A stretch of DNA of 64,000 nt from assembly GCA_002269645.1 (NCBI GenBank), contig NIVC01002222.1:62001-126000 (forward strand), written 5' to 3'. The notes below the pieces were generated by a model. The model saw nothing but the letters and a program-made list of their open reading frames with translations. It had not been told where the DNA came from and did not search any database. The stretch comes from Macrostomum lignano (taxonomy: Eukaryota). Numbering within the stretch: the first letter of the stretch is position 1; every line of letters starts with the position of its first letter. A program made the translations under genes and the position numbers. Below are positions 24,345 through 42,448 of this stretch, piece after piece.

Positions 24345-25045
24345 CAGGTAAGTCGCAAAAAGGATCAGGTAAGTCGCAACAGGAATCAGGTAAGTCGCAA
24401 AAGGGTTAGGTAAGTCGCAAAAAGGATTAGGTAAGTCCCAAAAAGGATTAGGTAAGTCGCAAAAAGGATTAGGTAAGTCGCAAAAGGGTTAGGTAAGTCG
24501 CAAAAAGGATTAGGTAAGTCGCAAAAAGGATTAGGTAAGTCACAAAGGGTTAGGTAAGTCGCAAAAGGATTAAGTAAGTCGCAAAAAGGATTAGGTAAGT
24601 CGCAAAAAGGATTAGGTAAGTCGCAAAAAGGATTAGGTAAGTCGCAAAAAGGATTAGGTAAGTCACAAAGGGTTAGGTAAGTCGCAAAAGGATTAAGTAA
24701 GTCGCAAAAAGGATTAGGTAAGTCACAAAGGGTTAGGTAAGTCGCAAAAAGGATTAGCTAAGTCACAAAGGGTTAGGTAAGTCGCAAAAAGGATTAGGTA
24801 AGTCGCAAAAAGGATTAAGTAAATCGCAAAAAGGATTAGCTAAGTCACAAAGGGTTAGGTAAGTCGCAAAAAGGATTAGGTAAGTCGCAAAAAGGATTAG
24901 GTAAGTCGCAAAAAGGATTAGGTAAGTCACAAAGGGTTAGGTAAGTCGCAAAGGGTTAGGTAAGTCGCAAAAGGATTAGGTAAGTCGCAAAAAGGATTAA
25001 GTAAGTCGCAAAAAGGATTAGGTAAGTCGCAAAAAGAAGCAACTA
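24345..25045. repeat. 21-bp minisatellite AAAAAGGATTAGGTAAGTCGC inside the transposon
   Basis: 21-bp period, about 33 units. Confidence 0.95.
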
Positions 25046-25196
25046 AGTCGCAATAAGAGGGAAGTAAGTCACAATCAGAGGCAATCAGGGGGTAGTAGGT
25101 GCAAGTGTGGCAGGAGAGCAAAAACAGAATAGAAGCCTTCAACCACAGACAAGATCTTTGAAATCAGAAGCCCGCGTCATTTCTTAAACTCTAAAG

Positions 25197-25975
25197 CAGG
25201 GGTTGGCAAACTCCGGCTCGCGAAGCCCCTCTATCTGGCCCTCGCCCCTCGGGTTCTTTGAAACTTCCTAACTACGAGTAGCAAGGTTGGTGTCTCTTCA
25301 ACTCTCATCTCTCTCTTCTTCTCTACCTTGCCTCCCCTCTTCTCTCTCTCCCCCCTTTTCCCTCTTCTCTCTCCTCTCATTTTTACTCTCCTCTCTTCTC
25401 CCCCTTTCTCTCTACCCTTTCTCCTCAATGCCCTCTTCTCTCCTCTTATCTTCAGCAAAAATATGTGCATATTTTCTTACTTCAAAGTAGAGGGAATAGA
25501 AGATTAGAGATAAGCAAACAGAGGAGAGGCGAGCGATGCGATGGGAGAAAAGATAGAAGAGGAGAGAAAAGCTGAGGGAGGAAAAAGAGATGAGAGAGAA
25601 GAGGAGATGAGAGAAAAGAGGAAAGAAAAGATGATGGATGAGATCAGAAGAGAGGAAAGAGGAAAGAGGAGAGAGTAGATGAGAGAAGAGAGGATAAAGA
25701 GGAGATGAGAGGAGAGTGAAGAGAGGAGAGATGAGAGAGTAGAAAAGAGAGGAGAGATAAGATGAGAGAGTAGAGTGGAGAGAGACGAGAGGGAAGATAA
25801 GATGAGAGAGTAGAGTGGAATGGAGAGAGACAAGAGGAGAGATAAGAATGTAGAGAGGAGACAGAAGAGATAGGAGAGGAGAGGAAAGAGAGGAGAGAGG
25901 AGAGGAAAGAGAGAAGGGATAAGGGATGAGAGAGAAAAGAAAAAGAGGATGAGAAGATTGAGGAATGGAGAGAAT
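25197..25975. mobile_element. Truncated hAT-like end followed by a CT-rich then a GA-rich low-complexity tract
   Basis: CAGGGGTTGGCAAAC is a typical hAT terminus; it shares GGTTGGTGTCTCTT and ATCTGGCCC with the element at 40517. No matching right end was found. Confidence 0.5.
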
Positions 25976-26748
25976 TTGCAAAGGCCTCAAATCTTAGTTT
26001 AACATGCATTACTCCCATCTTTGCCTTTTTCCTAACTGTTAACAAGTTTTTGTTTGAGCATGACTTCAAATTTAGAATCTATGCAAAAATAGTTCCGGGA
26101 ATTAGAATTCAGTGGTTTAAAAATCTGTGGGTTTTCACAGCTTGTATCTCTACTGGATTCGTATTCTGCATCTGATGAGCCATCTGAATCAGGGCTCTCA
26201 TCTTCCATGCCAAATCGTCTAGCAAATCGTTCTTGAGCTATAGGTCACACTGTATTCACTTCACTTACTTCTGGACATTCATGAATCATGACTTTTGTAG
26301 TATGCTCACTACACTGTACTGACAATTTACTAATTGCTTCATGCCGCCACTAGATGACATACTGATTAGCTGTTATAAAAACGCGGAATCTGCACGCAGC
26401 ACTAATTAGCTGGCGAGGCATTTAGCTTTAAAAATATGGTCATAGTTACTCCTGCCGTTTACCTAAAGTTTTTGCTTGGCTCTTTCATAGGTAAGTCGCA
26501 TTTTTTATCGAAAACTAAGTCGCACGGCCAGCGTAATTTCAGAAGTTGCGCATGTATGAATATATAAATGAACATACTTAAATAGGCCAAAATGTGCATT
26601 TGCCAGATGTGCTAGAAGCCATGGCTTTTTACTTAAACCAGGCCTACTTCTTATTTAGTTTTAGATCTTAGGCTAAAAAACTGCAATGAAAAAGAAATAA
26701 ATTATCATATACCATATAAATATTCCTTATAAGTAAAACATACAAATA

Positions 26749-27107
26749 GGAGGGCTGTAGCCCAGTCGTAGCGCAGCTGCTCTGGTGTGCCAGCGACCCA
26801 GGCTCGATTCCAAGTGCAGTCACATTAATTTGGGGCTGAATTGGAATCTCGGCTTGGCTCTGCTCGTGCAATTAACGGCCTTGAGAGCCAACCCCCCAAG
26901 GCGCAGTGAAGTGTACATGCCTAACGATAATATAAAGTTAGGGCCGCTGTGCACTCCTGTGTGAGTGTGTGCCTGCGTACATATCCGCACGCTTGTATGC
27001 CTGCTCAGGGGAGTCGGCAGAATGGGCAGTAATGCCTCTCGCCAGTTGTGTGCCCATGTTGCTTAAAGTGCGCCAGGGTGCACACAACCCCCCTGCCTCT
27101 AATAAAA
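26749..27107 (+). mobile_element. tRNA-derived SINE, family B, with poly(A) tail and 14-bp TSD
   Basis: A-box TAGCCCAGTCGTAG, B-box GGCTCGATTCC; ends in AATAAAAAAA; TSD AAAACATACAAATA at 26735-26748 and 27108-27121. Confidence 0.85.
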
Positions 27108-27461
27108 AAAACATACAAATATCTAAAAATTAATTTACAAAATGAAAAATTTAGAAAAAGTGCAATAGCTAGGCTAGTCTTCATATTTGGCAAATCTTCT
27201 ATTACAAGTTGCAATTTTAAATTTTCACTTTAAGAATAATTATTAAATATATTTAATCAACTTTGCCTGTTCACCTTGCCTATGTCCCTAGTGTTAAGCT
27301 CGCGGAGATTATTGGTAGCGTTAACTCCACTACCATAGACAAACTTAAAATTGATAGTAAAACAAGAACACGTATATTTATTGAACATTAAAACAGTAAA
27401 CAAGTGTTTAGTCAGTTATAGTTGTTTTAGTTCGTTAGTCTACAACTTTTTATTGCTATCA

Positions 27462-28814
27462 CTATTGCATCTTGTTTGTCGGGGAACTGAAATTGATCGT
27501 GGTTGGCCCGTAGAAGTTTAGTATAGGGGTGGACCATTGTTGACTTAGAGCCAAAGCCTGCAGTCCAGAAATATTGGAGTTGCCATTGGCAATTGCTGTT
27601 TCAACCTTACTCACGCCGCTCATTTTGGCTGCAGCAGTGGGCTCTCCATATAGTACTGCCGACATGTTCTTCTCTGACTTACGGATGTCAATGTAGGACC
27701 TGTCAGCCTTTTCGATAATCCTTCCAGTCTTCTGGCTTGCTATTTCCTTACTGATGCCGCCTTCCACCAACCTAGTCTTGCAGGTCCGACATAGACTACT
27801 GTTCATGATAGGTCTGGTCGTACTGCCGGCTTCAATCTGCTTGCCAGAGAACAGATTCTTCACAACGTTTTCAATTGTATGCACACCCATTGGTTGACTA
27901 CGATACCATATATCAGATGTCGGCGCCTTGATCGGTGTCAGATAGAACGCAGAGTGACCCTTGAGTCCAAATTGCTCCGGCCAGTGACAAATGTAGGTCT
28001 TATACATCGTGATGACACATTTGTCTGGGTCGCCATTCAAATAGATCCTGGTTGTTTTCGGCTCAACGTGTGCCTTATGCAAACCAACTCTCCCATTATT
28101 CGACATTCGCTCGGTGTACACCAGACATTCAGTGTCATTTTCCTTGGCAAGCACAAGCTGCGATCGCTCACCAAATTCTAACACGCGATGTTCAGCACTC
28201 ACTCTGAGCGATAGGTGCAGACCTAAGTGGTACAGCAGGGTATTCACCAGCTGTGTCAGATTAGACATTCCAAAATGTCCCTCTGCCCAGAGTTGCACTT
28301 TTTCGTCTAGGCCGATTACCCTCGCTCGCTTTGGTGTAAGATGAAAACCTGATTTGGCACTCAATTTCATGGCGGCATCGATGCACTGCCTGGTTAGGAT
28401 AAACTCGTTGTCCTTGAAGATGGACCAATCATGCAGAAACTTTGTTTGTAGGTGGAACTGTATACTGGTGACAAAACCTTTGATTGTGGCAGGCGGGTAC
28501 ATATCTCCGTTGTCCTTGCGCAGTTCAAGCAGAAAGCACTGCAGCATGTAGTCCCATTCCTTCTTGCTCCACTCGAACATATCCTTCACAACTTTCAACT
28601 GAGCAGTTTGGCACACTCGCCAGTCAGTATACCAAGCGCACAGTTTATTCCAATTGCTACGAACCTTTGTGGCCGTTGTTTTTGGAATTCGCAAGTCTCT
28701 AAATTCGGCAAGCTGGACGTCAATGTTGGTGCTAGTGCTTTGCACTGTAGACGCTTCTTCATTGGTAATTGTTCGCATCACTTCCATTACATCGTTAGCA
28801 GTTAGCTCCTCCAT
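27462..28814 (-). CDS. DUF3504 / Crypton-type tyrosine-recombinase-fold protein (450 aa, single exon), catalytic motifs degenerate
   Basis: Family motifs FLLELRKDNGDMYPP, LWAEGHFG...QLVNTLLY, LSLRVSAEHRVL, LVYTERMSNN, CVITMYKTY, FYLTP, WYRSQPMGVHTIEN, NSSLCRTCKTRL, KTG...SY. Uninterrupted ORF with AAAATGG start context. Confidence 0.88.
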   Translation of the reverse strand: MEELTANDVMEVMRTITNEEASTVQSTSTNIDVQLAEFRDLRIPKTTATKVRSNWNKLCAWYTDWRVCQTAQLKVVKDMFEWSKKEWDYMLQCFLLELRKDNGDMYPPATIKGFVTSIQFHLQTKFLHDWSIFKDNEFILTRQCIDAAMKLSAKSGFHLTPKRARVIGLDEKVQLWAEGHFGMSNLTQLVNTLLYHLGLHLSLRVSAEHRVLEFGERSQLVLAKENDTECLVYTERMSNNGRVGLHKAHVEPKTTRIYLNGDPDKCVITMYKTYICHWPEQFGLKGHSAFYLTPIKAPTSDIWYRSQPMGVHTIENVVKNLFSGKQIEAGSTTRPIMNSSLCRTCKTRLVEGGISKEIASQKTGRIIEKADRSYIDIRKSEKNMSAVLYGEPTAAAKMSGVSKVETAIANGNSNISGLQALALSQQWSTPILNFYGPTTINFSSPTNKMQ

Positions 28815-29012
28815 TTTGGTAAAATTTGTGGCTTGTTTATTTCACAGCTTGCTTCTCTCTTCCTAAACCATCAGTCCTCTTTGATTTAGACTTAGTATTT
28901 TACCATAGACAATACAGGGAGCGGAGATTTAAATCTCCGCTGGAGATTAACTCGTGCTAAATATAGATTGCCTCAAGGCTTACAGGCTATTGATTAAATT
29001 AAAATAACCCAC

Positions 29013-29173
29013 TGAAACGAGGAGATACTCTATGGCAAAATCTCCTCGGCTTTAGAATGTCCGAGGCTGCATTTAATGGTCCCGAGGCGAGCAAAGCGAG
29101 CTGAGGACCATTGATTGTAGCCAAGGATATTCTAACGCCTCGGAGATTCTGCATAGAGTATCTCCTCGTTTCA
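29013..29173. repeat. Short inverted-repeat element next to the DUF3504 ORF
   Basis: Perfect 22-bp arms TGAAACGAGGAGATACTCTATG (29013-29034) and CATAGAGTATCTCCTCGTTTCA (29152-29173), extending imperfectly inward. Confidence 0.8.
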
Positions 29174-30463
29174 CATATTTTATTACACATATAATCTACT
29201 TTTAAATAAAATTTAAGATAATTCTAATGGCTATGACTCATGAGCAAAATTATAAAAAAAATCATTTTGCAATAGGCCTATGTCCTTGTTTTATTGAATC
29301 ACAGGCCTACACTTAGGCTAAAGACAGAGTAAAAAATAGAATAAACTCAGGAAAAAATGCAATTTAATGAGACAAAGCAAGAATGGATAAGCATGTATTT
29401 TTTAAGAGTTATTCATCAACTTTACAAATCAATTATTTAATATAACTTTGATTGAGGTTACATAGCTAGCTATAGTAAAAGATTCTTATAGGGCATGCTA
29501 GGCCTACAAACAAACAACTGAAGGCCTAATGATAGATTAGTTAGGATAATACTTATTTGAATAAATATAATAATTTAAGATTTAAGTATTACAAATTTTA
29601 TGGATCAAAGAATGAGATTTTTGTCCACATTTAATATTTGTTCACAATAAAAAGACAATTAAAGACCCTGAAACCAACTTTTGATTCAAGTACTTACAAG
29701 GAGAGACACATAACACACATGTTAACAAAAATTTTATTCATATCCTTTACCTTAAATAGAAAATAAAAAACAATAAATCTCCAAGTGTCATCCAAGATTC
29801 TTGATGCTACCAAGAATTGCTTTAGTATGGTAGCCCACTCTGTCCAATGCTTGTGATAGTGTGGGGGTCTGCACTGATGCTGAATGCATATGGCGGCTAT
29901 AGCTATAGTTGCACCATTGGGTTCTGGCTTGTGATGCCAATGTAGTGAGCAACTCTAGCTGGTTCAGAGTGTTAGTTAGCCACTTTAAAAAGGTGGAGAA
30001 ATAGGTGGCTGTGCCTAACTAATTATAGGTTACAGCATTGCCTAGCCAAGTGTAAATATAGTAACTAAAAAGAAAAATAACAAATAACAAACAAAATTAA
30101 TAGGTTGAAGGTAGAATTGTACAATTGTAATAAATCATCAGAAACTAACTCTGTATATCCTATGAATCTGACTCACATTCACAGTGACTACTATGACTGA
30201 TGCAATGACTAACTAAAACGAATTAATAATTTTTTAATTTCTAGAGTCTGATATAATTATTAACTTCAAAAGAAATAAAATTATGGGAAAATGTTTCTTT
30301 AGCTTAAAAGTTACAAATTGTACAAGTTGCAAGTGCGATAAGTGAGCAATGAACTTTGGAAAATGCAGGGGTTAACAATTCAACTGTCGCAAATGCCATT
30401 TTGCAGGCCAAAGTGCAGACCCATGTTGCCAATGGCGGCATCAAACTGGCCTCGCAGCCAGCC

Positions 30464-38419
<7,956 letters not shown>

Positions 38420-38594
38420 CAATAATTAAGCCGTGTCTTTACTTGAAAGCGCCATAATAGGTAGAATTGGTGAACTTTTCCAAAGAATTTAGTAAACTTC
38501 AATAACTCTTCAAAGAGTGTCCTCTAATGCTTAAGTTTGTGTGGCGTTGGCGTCAAAAATTGGGGTATCTAGCACCAAAATGTGCGAAAGTTGG

Positions 38595-39985
38595 CGCCAA
38601 AAGATGATGTAGGGAGGCGTCAAAGAATGATGTAGGGAGGCACTAAAGAGATAATGTAGGGAGGCGCCAAAAGAAGATGATGTAGAGAGGCGCCAAAAAG
38701 ATTATGTAAAGAGGCGCCAAAAGAAGATGATGTAGGGAGGCACCAAAGAGAGATGATGTAGGGAGGCGCCAAAGAGATGATGTAGGGAGGCGCCAAAGAG
38801 ATGATGTAGGGAGGCACCAAAGAGAGATGATGTAGGGAGGCGCCAAAAAGATGATGTAGGGAGGCGCCAAAGAGATGATGTAGGGAGGCACCAAAAATAA
38901 TGTAGGGAGGCGCCAAAGAGATGATGTAGGGAGGCACCAAAGAGATGATGTAGGGAGGCGCCAAAGAGATGATGTAGGGAGGCACCAAAGATAATGTAGG
39001 GAGGCGCCAAAGAGATGATGTAGGGAGGCGCCAAAGAGATGATGTAGGGAGGCGCCATAGAGATGATGTAGGGAGGCGCCAAAGAGATGACGTAGGGAGG
39101 CGCCAAAGAGATAATGTAGGGAGGCGCCAAAGAGATGATGTAGGGAGGCGCCAAAGAGATGATGTAGGGAGGCACCAAAGAGATAATGTAGGGAGGCGCC
39201 AAAGAGATAATGTAGGGAGGCGCCAAAGAGATGATGTAGGGAGGCGCCAAAGAGATGATGTAGGGAGGCACCAAAGAGATAATGTAGGGAGGCACCAAAA
39301 GATAATGTAGGGAGGCACCAAAGAGATAATGTAGGGAGGCACCAAAAGATAATGTAGGGAGGCACCAAAAGATAATGTAGGGAGGCGCCAAAGAGATAAT
39401 GTAGGGAGGCGCCAAAGAGATGATGTAGGGAGGCGCCAAAGAGATGATGTAGGGAGGCACCAAAGAGATAATGTAGGGAGGCGCCAAAGAGATAATGTAG
39501 GGAGGCGCCAAAGAGATAATGTAGGGAGGCGCCAAAAGAAGATGATGTAGGGAGGCACCAAAAGATAATGTAGGGAGGCGCCAAAAGAAGATGATGTAGA
39601 GAGGCGCCAAAAAGATGATGTAAGGAGGCGCCAAAAGAAGATGACGTAGGGAGGCGCCAAAGAGATAATGTAGGGAGGCGCCAAAGAGATGACGTAGGGA
39701 GGCGCCAAAGAGATGATGTAGGGAGGCTCCAAAAGAAGATGATGTAGAGAGGCGCCAAAAAGATGATGTAAGGAGGCGCCAAAAGAAGATGATGTAGGGA
39801 GGCACCAAAGAGAGATGATGTAGGGAGGCGCCAAAAAGATGATGTAGGGAGGCACCAAAGAGATGATGTAGGGAGGCACCAAAGAGATGATGTAGGGAGG
39901 CACCAAAAAGATGATGTAGGGAGGCGCCAAAAGATAATGTAGGGAGGCACCAAAGACCCACAAAATGATGTATTGAGGTGCCAAA
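38595..39985. repeat. 24-27-bp minisatellite GGGAGGCGCCAAAGAGATGATGTA
   Basis: About 55 units downstream of MAGI; the long ORFs here are repeat artefacts. Confidence 0.96.
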
Positions 39986-40516
39986 GAGATGCTGTAGATG
40001 TAGAAAGGCGCAAAACAGTTGGAGCTAACAGCGCCACAGAATAATTCAGCGTTAGTGCTCTGTATCGTTCAGGCTTTAGCAGTTAAATTGGCGGCTGTGC
40101 CTTTAGTGTCCATTGTGTATGTACCAGCCTAATGGCGTAGTATCTGTACAAGCAGTGCTCATTTCAGCTGTACATAAAAACCACATCAGCTTTTGTATAT
40201 AAAACTGGCATGCGTTTTTTTTAAACTGCACTTCCTGTTCCGGTTCGAATCTGATCAAAAGCCTCATTGTTAAAGTTTGAATAAAGTTCATCTGGATCTG
40301 TCTGACTTCTTTGTGTCGCATTTAAGTCGCATGAATTTTATTAATTTTTTCCTTCTCTCTCATTTCCCCGCGCGACACCGTTTTTAGCAATGCAGCCACC
40401 GTTTCGTTCGTTCGTTCGTATTTTAATTTTTTTTTTGGTATAGAAAAACATGCCTCCTTTGCATGTTTGACTTTTCGCACTCTTGAGATTTGCTGCTCGA
40501 AATGAAACTCTTAACC

Positions 40517-41302
40517 CAAGGGTCAGCAAACTTTTGAAGCTTCTCTTGGTTGGTTGGTGTCTCTTTTCTCTCCTCTCTCTCCTCTTATCTCCTCTCTTCT
40601 CGCTTCTCTCCACTCCCTTCTCTTCTCAGGCTCCCCTCTCCTCTTTCTACCCTCTGCTCTCTACTCTCTCCTCTCTTCTCTCTCCTCTCCTCTCCCCTCT
40701 TTCCACTCTCCACCGTCTACCCTCCCTCCTCTCCCCTCTCTCCACTCTCCACCCTCTACCCTCCCTTCTCTCCCCTCTCTCCACTCTCCACCCTCTACCC
40801 TCCCTTCTCTCCCCTCTCTCCACTCTCCACCCTCTACCCTCCCTCCTCTCCCCTCTCTCCACTCTCCACCCTCTACCCTCCCTCCTCTCCCCTCTCTCCA
40901 CTCTCCACCCTCTACCCTCCCTCCTCTCCCCTCTCTCCACTCTCCACCCTCTACCCTCCCTTCTCTCCCCTCTCTCCACTCTCCACCCTCTACCCTCCCT
41001 CCTCTCCCCTCTCTCCACTCTCCACCCTCTACCCTCCCTTCTCTCCCCTCTCTCCACTCTCCACCCTCTACCCTCCCTCCTCTCCCCTCTCTCCACTCTC
41101 CACCCTCTACCCTCCCTCCTCTCCCCTCTCTCCACTCTCCACCCTCTACCCTCCCTCCTCTCCCCTCTCTCCACTCTCCACCGTCTACCCTCCCTTCTCT
41201 CCCCTTTTCTCTCCCATCTTCTCCCATCTCTCATCTTCTATTCCGCAGCCAAGAGCTGGATTTTTATCTGGCCCATGAAGTACAACAGTTTGTCGACCCA
41301 TG
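40517..41302. mobile_element. hAT-type MITE (786 bp) carrying an internal 39-bp CT-rich array
   Basis: Ends CAAGGGTCAGCAAAC and GTTTGTCGACCCATG (imperfect TIR); flanks TCTTAACC / TCTTAACT (7/8 TSD); 39-bp period at ~40700-41205. Confidence 0.75.
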
Positions 41303-41959
41303 TCTTAACTCCTGAAGCTTCTTTGTCTTCGCGTCTGTCGGTTTGTAATGAAGTTTTTCTTAGAAATATTCCACCACAGCTGCTGGTGTTTTTTTTCAAC
41401 ACGTTAATTCCGTCATTTTCCTTTCGAATTTTTGCTTTACATAACTGACCGCTTTTTTCTCTGCTTTAAGTTTGGCGTTTGTTTCAGCTTCAGGTAGAAG
41501 TCCCTGCCTAGCATAGCATGTATCCATCACACTGTCTGGTGTAGCTCTTGTGCGTCTTCTTCTTTTGCGTTTTATTTTATTTGTGAATGAAAGTTTTTTT
41601 TGGCACACCTTTTTATATTTATATACATCTATAAATATGGTTTATTTAATTTTATAGTCGATCAATTCTGATTGCTAGAATCACCGCCTAATAATGAAAC
41701 CATGTTTATGTTTTTACTCAACTGGACTCTTGTCTGCTCCACAAGCTTTGTTAATACTAGTAATTATATTGTTTATGAAATTATATTTATATCTATACAT
41801 ACTATTATAGTAATATTTGATTGCGATAAAAATGTGGCTCCTGGTTCGATCCTGGGTGTGTTCTTTCATTTTCTGTTGCTAACGGGCATGATGATGTAAA
41901 AGTGCGTCTCAGACATTCGCTTTGCTGCTGAGCTGCATGGATTTCGTGGCTTTATTTAT

Positions 41960-42335
41960 TATTTAAGATCAGGATCTGGGATTTCAGATTGAGATTTTGA
42001 ATTTCAGATTTAGATTTGGGATCTAGGATATCAGATAGTCCAATATACTAAATAGGGATCTAAGATTTTAGATAGGGATTTGGGATTTAAGATTTCATAT
42101 TGGGATTTGGAATTTCAGATTGGGATCTGGGATTTCAGATTGGAATCTGGGATTTCAGATTGGGATTTCAGATTGGGATTTTAGATTCGGATCTAGGATT
42201 TCATATTGGGATTTTGAATTTCAGATTGGGATCTGGGATTTCAGATTAGGATTTGGGATCTGGGATTTCAGATAGGAATTTGATTTCAGATTGGGATCTG
42301 GAATTTCAGATTAGGATTTGGGATCTGGGAATTAC
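41960..42335. repeat. Degenerate GGGATCTGGGATTTCAGATT repeat upstream of ADCK5
   Basis: Recurrent ~20-bp motif. Confidence 0.8.
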
Positions 42336-42448
42336 AAGGACTCTGGAAGCAGACCATTGTTTTGCCCCGAATCAGTTAAACTCTCACATTTGTTTATGCT
42401 TGAGACTAGCGCCTACATATTAATAGATATATTTTCTAAACCGAAATT

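Larger units (their letters stand above)
24132..26558. mobile_element. Non-autonomous DNA transposon, 2427 bp, with 8-bp TSD (hAT- or P-like; superfamily not assignable)
   Basis: Perfect 15-bp TIR CATACATGCGCAACT / AGTTGCGCATGTATG; perfect TSD AATATATA at 24124-24131 and 26559-26566; subterminal GGTAAGTCGCA at 24195 and 26490. Confidence 0.88.

Noticed and set aside
41843-41852. Isolated B-box-like GGTTCGATCC
   Set aside because: No A-box or SINE body nearby.
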